The position numbers were made by a program, and so were the translations under genes. From Chloroflexota bacterium (GTDB taxonomy: Bacteria > Chloroflexota > UBA11872 > VXOZ01): 64,000 bases of DNA. The stretch is taken from the NCBI GenBank assembly GCA_963662335.2, contig CAXXVD010000003.1:352001-416000 (forward strand), written 5' to 3'. Under the pieces are notes generated by a model, which made no database searches, had not been told where the DNA came from, and saw only the letters and a program-made list of their open reading frames with translations. Shown piece by piece: positions 56,045-64,000 of the stretch. Position 1 is the first letter of the stretch, and every line of letters starts with the position of its first letter.

Positions 56045-56435
56045 GTACCGGCGTAGGCCGGAACTTGCAACCTGCGCCCCGCCCGTCTCCGGTTTCCTCT
56101 CTCACCGGTACGCAGGTTTGCAACCCGCGTCCCTATCCGCCTCCGGTTCCCTCTCCATCCGGTAGCGCAGGTTTGCAACCTGCGGCCTATCCGGCTCCGG
56201 TTCCCTCTCCCGCCGCTGGCAGGAGTAGGTATTCTATAGTCGACTTCACCTGTCATTCCGAACGGAGCGCAGCGGAGTGAGGAATCTATAGTGCCGCCCC
56301 GCAAAATCAGCATCTTTAGATTCCTCGCTGCGCTCGGAATGACATTTACCTACCCCTGTCAGTTCTCCCGCTGCGCTCGGAATGACATTTGCCTACCCCT
56401 GTCAGTTCTCCCGCCGGGAGAGAGTTAGGGTGAGG
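56045..56435. repeat. Repeat cluster: three ~53-bp D-containing units, a family A REP, a 42-bp duplication and a family F arm (GGGAGAGAGTTAGGGTGAGG)
   Basis: Directly visible between rsmA and the PIG-L gene. Confidence 0.85.
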
Positions 56436-56554
56436 CGGAAGAGGTTGCCGTGCAGTCACCATAGAGGGCGCACCGCCGCTAGTGCGGAACGCCCTCAGTT
56501 CCTATAATACCGTAGAGAAGCGTACGGCATTCCCTTACCGGAAGGAGCGAAACC

Positions 56555-57277
56555 ATGCGGGTGCAGGCAATCGGCGCGCATCCTGACGACATCGAGCTAC
56601 TCTGCGCGGGCACGTTGGCGAAATACGCCCAGCAGGGGCACCACGTGACCATGTGCTACGTCTGCAACGGCGGGCTGGGGCACGTGGAGATCATGCCGCC
56701 GGAACTGAAAGAGGTGCGCAAGCAGGAGTCCAAGAACAGCGCCGCCGTGATCGGCGCGGACTTCCAATGGCTCGACATCGACGACGCCGACGTGCGCCAG
56801 AATACGAACACGGCGCTGGCGCGGCTGGTCGACGCCGTGCGTGAGGCCCAGCCGGACGTCATCATCACCCACGCGCCCAACGACTACATGGACGATCACC
56901 GCCTGGTGGGCGAACTGGTGCTGAAGGCCAGTTTCGACGCCACTATTCCCCACTATGTTTCCGAGCAGGAAAAACCGGCGCAACTCGTGCCCATCTTCCA
57001 CATGGATACCCTGATGGGCGTGGACTTCCTGCCGGAAATGTGGGTGGACATCAGCGAGACCCTCGAGACTAAGCGCCAAATGCTGGCCTGCCACGAGAGC
57101 CAGTACGCCTGGCTGAAGGAGCACGACAACATCGACTACATCGATTCGATGGTCACGGTGGCCAAGTACCGGGGCCTGCAGGTCGGCACGCCCTACGCGG
57201 AAGGCTTCCGCCAGGTGCGCGTCTGGGGCCGCACGACGACCGTGCCGCTGCTGCCGACGGACATCGCCCGCGGTTAG
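56555..57277 (+). CDS. PIG-L/LmbE family deacetylase
   Basis: GAHPDDIE..C.GT, PDVIITH..NDY..DH, CHESQ, AEGF. Confidence 0.92.
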   Translation: MRVQAIGAHPDDIELLCAGTLAKYAQQGHHVTMCYVCNGGLGHVEIMPPELKEVRKQESKNSAAVIGADFQWLDIDDADVRQNTNTALARLVDAVREAQPDVIITHAPNDYMDDHRLVGELVLKASFDATIPHYVSEQEKPAQLVPIFHMDTLMGVDFLPEMWVDISETLETKRQMLACHESQYAWLKEHDNIDYIDSMVTVAKYRGLQVGTPYAEGFRQVRVWGRTTTVPLLPTDIARG

Positions 57278-57318
57278 CAATCATCCTTTTGCCTGGCTGA
57301 CTAGGCAGGGGAAATCGT

Positions 57319-58473
57319 CTAGCCACTAGTGGTGGGCGCGTCAAGTATGTCGAGTAAGTCTCGAACGACATACAGTCTCGGCCATGTTTCTGGATGGAAT
57401 TCAACAATCTCAAGTTTGGCAAATCGGTCGAGTATCCGTCTAGCGCCGGCAGGAGATATTTCCAGCATTTTCGCCGCGGTGGGGGCGGTCATGTACGGGG
57501 CCTCAAAGAGCGTGTCAAGCAACTTTAGGGCGCTTGCGGACTCGCGATTGCCTTGTAGGATGTTCTTCATATTGTCATGAAGGTCCCGAAGCCGCCTGGC
57601 GCGGTGAAGGGCATCTTGAGCCTGCTCAGAGACACCATCCAGAAAGTACCCGGTCCAGGTCTGCCAGTCTCCGGATACGCTTACTCTGAGCAAGTGGTCA
57701 TAGTAGGCGCCTCTATCACGCTCGAAGAAGGCGCTAAGGTAGAGCAGTGGTTGCGTCAACACCTTCTTTTCGCAGAGAAAGAGGACAATGAGCAAGCGTC
57801 CCAGCCGCCCATTGCCATCGACGTACGGATGGATAGCTTCAAATTGGTAGTGCATCAACGCGCACTGAATCAACGGTGGCAATACTGAGTCGAGATTGAC
57901 AAACTCTTCCCAGTCTTGCAGTAAGTCCCGAACGAGACCGGCCGGCGGCGGCACGTACGTAGCCTCTGCAAGTGGGCTGCCTGGCGGGCCGATCCATACC
58001 TGTTGTTGTCGTAGCCTTCCAGTGTATGCGCCTGCTCCCCGTACCCCTGCGAGGAGCACTTCATGCATCTCGTTCGCTAGGCGCACGCAAATCGGCAACT
58101 GCTCCAGCCGCCCAAGACCATGTTCTAGCGCCTTGACGTAATTGGCCACTTCAGCTACGTCTCCCTTGGGACGCCGGACTGCCGACGCTTCAAAGAGAAA
58201 GAGGTCTGAGAGTGATGCTTGAGTGCCCTCGATTCTGGATGAAAGGACGGCTTCACGGCGGACGAAAGGCCTAATCAGCAAGTAAGGGTTTGGAACAGTC
58301 TCACCAACTCCGGCAAGTGTGGCTACCGCTCGGGATGCCTCGTCCAGTCGATAGATCAACTGGGGGCTCAGTTCAATTTCATAGGGAAGCCTGTCGGGGA
58401 CAAACGCACGGTTGCCGCCCGAGATCGGTACCAGACTGCCGCATGGACTGTTGGCTAGTTGATCAAGGGACAT
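57319..58473 (-). CDS. Fic family protein (N-terminal inhibitory motif, C-terminal wHTH)
   Basis: HPYVDGNGRLGR, SSRIEG; GGAG RBS before ATG 58473; lower GC. Confidence 0.93.
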   Translation of the reverse strand: MSLDQLANSPCGSLVPISGGNRAFVPDRLPYEIELSPQLIYRLDEASRAVATLAGVGETVPNPYLLIRPFVRREAVLSSRIEGTQASLSDLFLFEASAVRRPKGDVAEVANYVKALEHGLGRLEQLPICVRLANEMHEVLLAGVRGAGAYTGRLRQQQVWIGPPGSPLAEATYVPPPAGLVRDLLQDWEEFVNLDSVLPPLIQCALMHYQFEAIHPYVDGNGRLGRLLIVLFLCEKKVLTQPLLYLSAFFERDRGAYYDHLLRVSVSGDWQTWTGYFLDGVSEQAQDALHRARRLRDLHDNMKNILQGNRESASALKLLDTLFEAPYMTAPTAAKMLEISPAGARRILDRFAKLEIVEFHPETWPRLYVVRDLLDILDAPTTSG

Positions 58474-58492
58474 TGCGTACTCCAGTTGCACA

Positions 58493-58542
58493 TTCTGATA
58501 CAATCGATACTAATCGAATGAATAGTATCGATTGTATCAGAA
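58493..58542. promoter_or_regulatory. Perfect 20-bp inverted repeat upstream of fic (putative operator)
   Basis: TTCTGATACAATCGATACTA-N10-TAGTATCGATTGTATCAGAA. Confidence 0.7.
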
Positions 58543-58644
58543 ATGGCAACCAGAGTATCGAATTGCGTTACGACTCGACAGTAAGAGCCGTCAGGGGCTG
58601 ATATGGCTGGGTCTACGCCGCGCCAGGCCTAGCAGTCAGGATTA

Positions 58645-58718
58645 TGGCTGGGGAACCAGGATTCGAACCTGGACTTATGGATCCAGAGTCCACTGTCCTA
58701 CCATTAGACGATTCCCCA
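58645..58718 (-). tRNA. tRNA-Gln (CTG)
   Basis: TGGGGAA/TTCCCCA acceptor, GTGGA-CTCTGGA-TCCAT anticodon arm, GTTCGAATC, encoded CCA; TTGACG-N18-TACCAT promoter at 58747-58776. Confidence 0.97.
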
Positions 58719-58903
58719 AGAAGCCGCCGTGCGCGCGGCCACTTTCATGGTACTAAGCGGGTTTGGCTCTCGTCAACCGGCTGGCGCGGCGCTCGCCTGC
58801 GGTACAATGGAAGACGAAGAGGCGGCAGCGGAGCGGGTGCGCGTTCGTCACGGGAGGCCCCTGCGCAGGCTGCCGGTAGGAAATCGCGTAAAGGGATTAA
58901 GGC

Positions 58904-59653
58904 GTGCGGCGTTTCGAGGAGCAGGTAGCGATCATTACCGGCGCGGGCAGCGGCATTGGCCTGGGCATCGCCGCGCGGCTGGGCAGCGAGGGCGCGCGGG
59001 CGCTCATCACCGACATCGACGGCGCGGTTGCCGAACAGGCGGTGGCGGGACTGGCGGCGCAGGGCATCGACGCGCTGGCCGTGTGCGGCGATTCGGCGGA
59101 CGAGGCGACGGCTGAACGCGCCGTCGCGCACGTTATCGACGCCTGGGGGCGCATCGACGTGCTCGTGAACAACACCGGCATCATCGGCCGCACCGCGCCG
59201 CTCTGGGAACTGCCGGTGAGCGAATTGGACCGGGTCTACGCCGTGAACCTGCGCGGCGCGTACCTCTTCTGCCAGCAGGCCATACCCCACATGCTCGCCC
59301 GCGACTATGGGCGCATCGTGAACATGGCGTCGATCGCCGGCAAAGAGGGCAACCCCAACATGGCGCCTTACTCCGCCACCAAAGCCGCCGTCATCGGCCT
59401 TACCAAGTCACTGGGCAAGGAACTGGCGGAGACCGGCATCCGCGTGAACTGCCTCACACCGGCGGTGGTGCGCACGCCCATCTGGGAACAGACCACAGCG
59501 GCCCAGATGGACATGCTGCTGGCGCGCATCCCCATGCAACGCAGCGGCGAGATAAGCGAAGTGGCGGCGCTGGCGGCGTGGCTCGCCTCCGCCGAATGCT
59601 CCTTCAGCACCGGCGCGGTCTTCGACCTCAGCGGCGGCCGGGCGACGTACTAA
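58904..59653 (+). CDS. SDR family oxidoreductase
   Basis: TGAGSGIG, VNNTG, ASIAGKEGNP, YSATK. Confidence 0.93.
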   Translation: MRRFEEQVAIITGAGSGIGLGIAARLGSEGARALITDIDGAVAEQAVAGLAAQGIDALAVCGDSADEATAERAVAHVIDAWGRIDVLVNNTGIIGRTAPLWELPVSELDRVYAVNLRGAYLFCQQAIPHMLARDYGRIVNMASIAGKEGNPNMAPYSATKAAVIGLTKSLGKELAETGIRVNCLTPAVVRTPIWEQTTAAQMDMLLARIPMQRSGEISEVAALAAWLASAECSFSTGAVFDLSGGRATY

Positions 59654-59689
59654 GGCTCGTTCCTTGCAACCGGTGAGCCTTCACGAAGT

Positions 59690-60022
59690 CTATTCTGTCG
59701 CGATGACAGTGCCATCGGGAAGTCGCAGCCACTTCGGGTCGGGGCGACCGCTACCGCCGATCTTTCGGTCTGGCCGCACGTACTGGTGGACGAGGGCAAG
59801 CGGGGCTAGCTCTCCGTTTGGCAGGTTTCCGTAGTATACTACCGTTTGTGAGACAGTTCCTGCAGGCTGGCCAGCGCTTCTAGGGGCTAAGCGCTCTTTT
59901 CGCACAATAGCGGTCAACTCGCCGGTTGCAGCAGATTCGTACAATCGCATATCATTGAAGTGGTGTCGGATTTCAGCTTGTGACACGAAGCGGTCAGGAT
60001 CATCTAAACGGGTAGAAAACAT
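59690..60022 (-). CDS. Hypothetical protein (VHQYVRPD..IGGSG.PDPK motif)
   Basis: 110-aa ORF, AGGA upstream, lower GC. Confidence 0.6.
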   Translation of the reverse strand: MFSTRLDDPDRFVSQAEIRHHFNDMRLYESAATGELTAIVRKERLAPRSAGQPAGTVSQTVVYYGNLPNGELAPLALVHQYVRPDRKIGGSGRPDPKWLRLPDGTVIATE

Positions 60023-60299
60023 GAATGAGAATCATCCTGAGGCAATAGTGAAGGTTACTCAGGCCTACCTGGATGGAGAGTTCTCTTTAAAGGCGCTCTC
60101 CAAGTGGCTAATCTCGAAGACCGCGTACTTTTGCGACAATCCACCCGACCCTCTCAGTTCCGACCTGTGGGCGACCGCGTGTCACCTGACTTTCCTGTGG
60201 GCCGACCGCGCCCTGACGGAAGACGAGGTGAAAGCTGAACTGCGAGAGTGGTTGGCGGAACATCCACCGGCCCAGGCCCATGCCTCAACTCCCCGTTGA
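60021..60299 (+). CDS. Hypothetical small helical protein (immunity-protein-like)
   Basis: ATG at 60021; AYLDGEFSL..L..W...LTEDEVKAEL pattern. Confidence 0.55.
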   Translation: MNENHPEAIVKVTQAYLDGEFSLKALSKWLISKTAYFCDNPPDPLSSDLWATACHLTFLWADRALTEDEVKAELREWLAEHPPAQAHASTPR

Positions 60300-60350
60300 A
60301 GCGGCCCGCTCCATGCGCGCCTGCATCCGCTGACTTTGGCCGCGGTACAC

Positions 60351-61493
60351 TCAAATGAACGCCGCAGACCCGTCCGGGTTCACGTCGAATGGCCGGTGCC
60401 AGGAGCGGATGGGGTGGCCGCGCAGGTAGTCCTCGTTTAGCTCAATGCCCCAGCCGGGTTTTTCGGGGATTTCCAGGTAGCCGCCCACCAGCTTGACCGG
60501 CTCGTGCAGAATGTCCTTGCGCGGCGATTCGTCGTCGGCGTGGTATTCCAGGATGATGAAGTTGTGGGTAGCCGCGGCGAAGTGGACGTTCACGGCGGTG
60601 GCCACCGGCCCCAGCGGGTTGTGGGGCGCGACCTTGACGTAGTGCGCCTCGGCCAGCGCCGCAATCTTGCGCATCTCGGTCAGGCCGCCGCAGACGCAGA
60701 TGTCTGGCTGGATGATGGTCGCCGCCTGCTTCTCCAAGAGTTCCCGGAAGCCGAACGAGGTGTAGAGCATCTCGCCGGTGGCGACGGGGACGGGCGACCG
60801 CCGCGCGAACCACGCCATGGCGTCGATGTTTTCCGGCCGCAGCGGCTCCTCGAAGAAGAACGGTTGTGAGGGCGCCACCGCCGCCGCCATCTCCAGGGCG
60901 CGCGCCGGCTCGAAGATCTTCGCGTGGGGATCGAGGCCAATGTCCACGTCCGGCCCGACGGCCTCCCGCACCGCCGCGATGCGCTCGCCGGCCGCCGCCA
61001 CCACGGCGTTCCAGGACATCTGGCTGGCGTTCGGCGGATGCGGCGCCATCTTGAGCGCCGTATAACCATACTTTTTTACCAACGCTTTCGCGCTCTCCGC
61101 GCAGTCTGCCGGTGTCGCGCCGCCGCAGCCCTGGTAGACGCGAATGCGGTCGCGGCACTTGCCGCCCAACAGACGGTACACCGGCTGCCCAGCCGCCTTG
61201 CCGCTGATGTCCCACAGGGCGTGGTCGATGCCGCTGATAGCCGCGTTGATCACCGAGCCGCCGGGAAAGCGCGAGTGCACGTACATGTGATACCAGAGGC
61301 CGTTGACGTCGCGGGGGTCTTTGCCCACAATCCAGTCGCCAAAGTCAGCGACGGCTTCCGCCACCGCCCGGTTCGGCCCCACCGGATAGGCCTCGCCAAT
61401 GCCGCTGATGCCTTCTGAGGTGTTGATCTTCACAATCAGCACGTCGCGGGATGAAATCGGCGCGGCAAGGGTCTCGACGGACGTGATCTTCAT
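60351..61493 (-). CDS. dgoD: Mandelate racemase/enolase superfamily acid-sugar dehydratase (galactonate dehydratase-like)
   Basis: GIGE, AISGID.ALWDI.GK, LD.H, FFEEP, ATGE, QPD, APHNP.GP. Confidence 0.8.
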   Translation of the reverse strand: MKITSVETLAAPISSRDVLIVKINTSEGISGIGEAYPVGPNRAVAEAVADFGDWIVGKDPRDVNGLWYHMYVHSRFPGGSVINAAISGIDHALWDISGKAAGQPVYRLLGGKCRDRIRVYQGCGGATPADCAESAKALVKKYGYTALKMAPHPPNASQMSWNAVVAAAGERIAAVREAVGPDVDIGLDPHAKIFEPARALEMAAAVAPSQPFFFEEPLRPENIDAMAWFARRSPVPVATGEMLYTSFGFRELLEKQAATIIQPDICVCGGLTEMRKIAALAEAHYVKVAPHNPLGPVATAVNVHFAAATHNFIILEYHADDESPRKDILHEPVKLVGGYLEIPEKPGWGIELNEDYLRGHPIRSWHRPFDVNPDGSAAFI

Positions 61494-61641
61494 GGTGATT
61501 CACTCGCTTGACAGTTCAATCACGACAACATTGGCAAGAACGTAACGTGCTACGGCAAGAGCGGTCGCGGCGCACAACCGGCATTCTAGGTGCGCGCCGC
61601 CACTCTAGAATGGCTTCAAATCTGTCAGGCCGCGCGGCGCG

Positions 61642-62613
61642 CTAGGCGCACACCGGATGGTCGGACGACCAGCGGTTGAAGTTCTGGGTGGTGGAGGCGG
61701 CCAGTTTGGGGCGGGCGTCTTCCCACATTTGCGTCCACGTATCGGCGTCGCGCAGTTCCGAATCCGGATTGGCGCGGCTGCGGGCCACGAAATCGGGGAA
61801 GACCGGCCGGCCGGTGGGTTGGCCGATCGGCTGGTAGCGCAGGTCGAAGCTCCAGCGCACCTGGTCCTGGGTCTTGTTGTCGTACGAGCAGTGCATGGTC
61901 TTGCGGTGCATCAGCAGGATGCTGCCGGCCTTCATTGGCAGGGGAATGGCTTGCTCAATGTCAATCAACTTCTCCGGTATCCAGACGCCACCCACGCCCG
62001 GGCAATGCACGGCCAGTTCTTCCTCCCGGTGCGAGTAGGGCACGGCGTACATGCAGCTATTCTCGATGGTGGCGTCGTTCAGGGGCAGCCAGACCGTGAG
62101 CATTTCCGTCTCGTCCGCCTCTTCCACCACCACGCCGTTATCCTGGTGCCAGGGCACGGCCACGGAAAGGTTGCTGGGATTCTCCACGTGCACCACGTGG
62201 CGCGGCAGTTTCATGCGCACGTGCTGCACGGGATTGGAGAGGATTTCCGGCCCCACGATGCTCTCCGCGCAGTCCAGCAAACGCGAGTTGATGAGCAGAT
62301 TGAAGACCGCCGGACCCGTGTGCATGGGCGCGCCGGCGCCTTCGGCCTTTTGCGGCAGCGAGATATCGAACGGCTGGGCAAAGATCTGGCCGCTCTCGTC
62401 GCAGACCTGGATGAGGCGCCGGTCGAACGGCAGGTCGGCATAGGTGGAGGAAATCTCGCCCTCAGCGTAGAGTTCACCGGCGATGCGGTCCAGCACGCCG
62501 GCGTATTCCGCCATCACCGGCGCCAGGTCTTCCTCGGGGTCGAGCACGTCGTCCACGACCACGTACCCTTTTTCATCGAGATGATCGAGTTGCGCTTGCG
62601 TCAGGCCGGCCAT
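61642..62613 (-). CDS. Phytanoyl-CoA dioxygenase (PhyH) family Fe(II)/2OG enzyme
   Basis: PWHQD, VWLPL..ATIENSC, H...MHCS, RWSFDLRY. Confidence 0.9.
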   Translation of the reverse strand: MAGLTQAQLDHLDEKGYVVVDDVLDPEEDLAPVMAEYAGVLDRIAGELYAEGEISSTYADLPFDRRLIQVCDESGQIFAQPFDISLPQKAEGAGAPMHTGPAVFNLLINSRLLDCAESIVGPEILSNPVQHVRMKLPRHVVHVENPSNLSVAVPWHQDNGVVVEEADETEMLTVWLPLNDATIENSCMYAVPYSHREEELAVHCPGVGGVWIPEKLIDIEQAIPLPMKAGSILLMHRKTMHCSYDNKTQDQVRWSFDLRYQPIGQPTGRPVFPDFVARSRANPDSELRDADTWTQMWEDARPKLAASTTQNFNRWSSDHPVCA

Positions 62614-62762
62614 TGTCTGCTGCTCCTAGACTTCCACGGTGAACCGAATGCGCGCAATTGCGCACGATGCCGCGAATGTGAATTTTTGCTCACTTCTCTC
62701 CGCACGGTACCAAGATAATACAACCGGAGCACTTTCGGCAAGCCTTCAAGGGGTTATTGGCG

Positions 62763-63222
62763 CGGGGGGCAAGCCCCAATGCCGCCGCATTAGACTCAGT
62801 TGCGGTGAGAACTCCGCCTCGCACCTCCGGTAGCGCAGGTTTGCAACCTGCGTCTTCCCTAAGAGTCAGTCCACTCCGTGTCCTCTTCTCTTGCCCCGGC
62901 GGGGGACAAGCCCCCGCGCTACGTTCTTAGAGACAACTAGCCATATCGTCATTGCTGTGCGTGTTGGCTAGTCTGCTGACAGCATCTACTGTGCGCTAGA
63001 CAGAATCCACAGCGTATGTCATTCCGAGCGCAGCGAGGAATCTAGGGCCGATGCTGCAGACGATCTGATGGAGTCTGCACCCTAGATTCCTCACTGCGCT
63101 GCGCTCCGTTCGGAATGACATGTGTCATGGTGAATTGGCTCCGTTCGGAATTGTAAATGTCGACTAATTCGTTAACAGACTTCCTGGTGCAGTGGCGGCG
63201 GGGGACAAGCCCCCGCGCTACG
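62763..63222. repeat. REP cluster (C, D and A families) between the PhyH paralogs
   Basis: D at 62830, C at 62899 and 63197, A at 63017-63120. Confidence 0.82.
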
Positions 63223-63318
63223 TCAACCCGATACCACTGAGACAAGCTCCCGCGCTAGGTTCGCGCCGAATACGCACGGGAGCCGTGGCACGGAACGAAC
63301 GTGTGTTCGCCAAAGCCC

Positions 63319-64000
63319 CTACGCGCACCCCGGATCGTCGGCGTTCCAACGGTTGAACTGCTTCTTGGTAGAAGCGGCCAGCGTCGGGCGCACGTCTTCC
63401 CACAGTTGCGCCCACGCGGCGGCATCCCGCAGTTCCGTTTCCGGGTTGGCGCGGCTGCGGGCCACAAAGTCCGGGAAGAGCGGGCGGCCGGTGGGTTGGC
63501 CGGCCGGCTGGTAGCGCAGGTCGAAGCTCCAGCGCACCTCGTCTTCCGTCTTGTTGTCGTACGAGCAGTGCATGGTCCTGCGGTGCATGAATAGCACGCT
63601 GCCGGCCTGCATGGGCAGGGGCACGGCATGCTCCAGTTTGATGCGGTCATGGGGAATCGAGGTGCCGCCGCCCCGCCAGCCGGGGCAGTGCAGGGCGATG
63701 CCGTCCCGGTGGGAGTAGGGCACCACGTACAGGCAGCTATTCTCGATTGTAGACTCGTTGAGCGGCAGCCACACGGTGAGCATGTCGGTATCGTCCGCTT
63801 CCGCTATCACCACGCCGTTATCCTGGTGCCAGGGCGTGGGGCCGGCCAGGCCGGACGAGCCCTCCACGTGCACCGCGTGGAGCGGCAACTTCATGCGCAC
63901 GTGCTGTATCGGGTTGGAAAGCACCTCCGGCCCCAGAATGCTCTCGACGCAATCGAGCAAACGCGCATTGACGAGCAGGCCGAACACGGCCGGGCCGGTG
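63319..64000 (-). CDS. Second PhyH family dioxygenase, 5'-truncated by window edge
   Basis: Close paralog of 61642-62613 (PWHQDNGV, MHCSYDNKT, RWSFDLRYQP). Confidence 0.9.
   Translation of the reverse strand, partial: TGPAVFGLLVNARLLDCVESILGPEVLSNPIQHVRMKLPLHAVHVEGSSGLAGPTPWHQDNGVVIAEADDTDMLTVWLPLNESTIENSCLYVVPYSHRDGIALHCPGWRGGGTSIPHDRIKLEHAVPLPMQAGSVLFMHRRTMHCSYDNKTEDEVRWSFDLRYQPAGQPTGRPLFPDFVARSRANPETELRDAAAWAQLWEDVRPTLAASTKKQFNRWNADDPGCA

Noticed and set aside
61642-64000. Tandem PhyH genes as an assembly duplication
   Set aside because: The copies differ at many synonymous and amino-acid positions, so they are real paralogs

Overview
GC-rich bacterial chromosomal segment. The gene content suggests a Chloroflexota, possibly a sponge-associated lineage (inference from the caa3-type cox operon, paralogous PhyH, ceramidase-like and M19 enzymes, an ERG4/ERG24 sterol reductase and very dense palindromic repeats). 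The backbone carries pabB/pabC, nadA, a cytochrome c oxidase operon, ybeY, dnaB, rplI, rsmA, three tRNAs (Tyr, Asp, Gln), a c-di-AMP (ydaO) riboswitch, orphan solute-binding proteins and many sugar-acid, amide and oxidative catabolic enzymes. About eight short lower-GC islets interrupt it, carrying PaREP1/HEPN-like, NYN, AlbA_2/Schlafen, HigB-HigA/ImmA, Fic and unknown genes, with no integrase or transposase in the window. At least six families of REP-like palindromes form tandem arrays, composites, nested insertions and one in-frame insertion in ybeY. The best candidates for undescribed systems are an NYN nuclease with a structured SD-less leader RNA, a head-to-head gene pair sharing one CATG, a 104-105 bp phased operator array before a secreted metalloprotease, a rod-like leader RNA before a sugar-binding protein, and a nuclease-less four-CxxC basic protein. 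All family calls come from motif recognition by eye; no database search was run.
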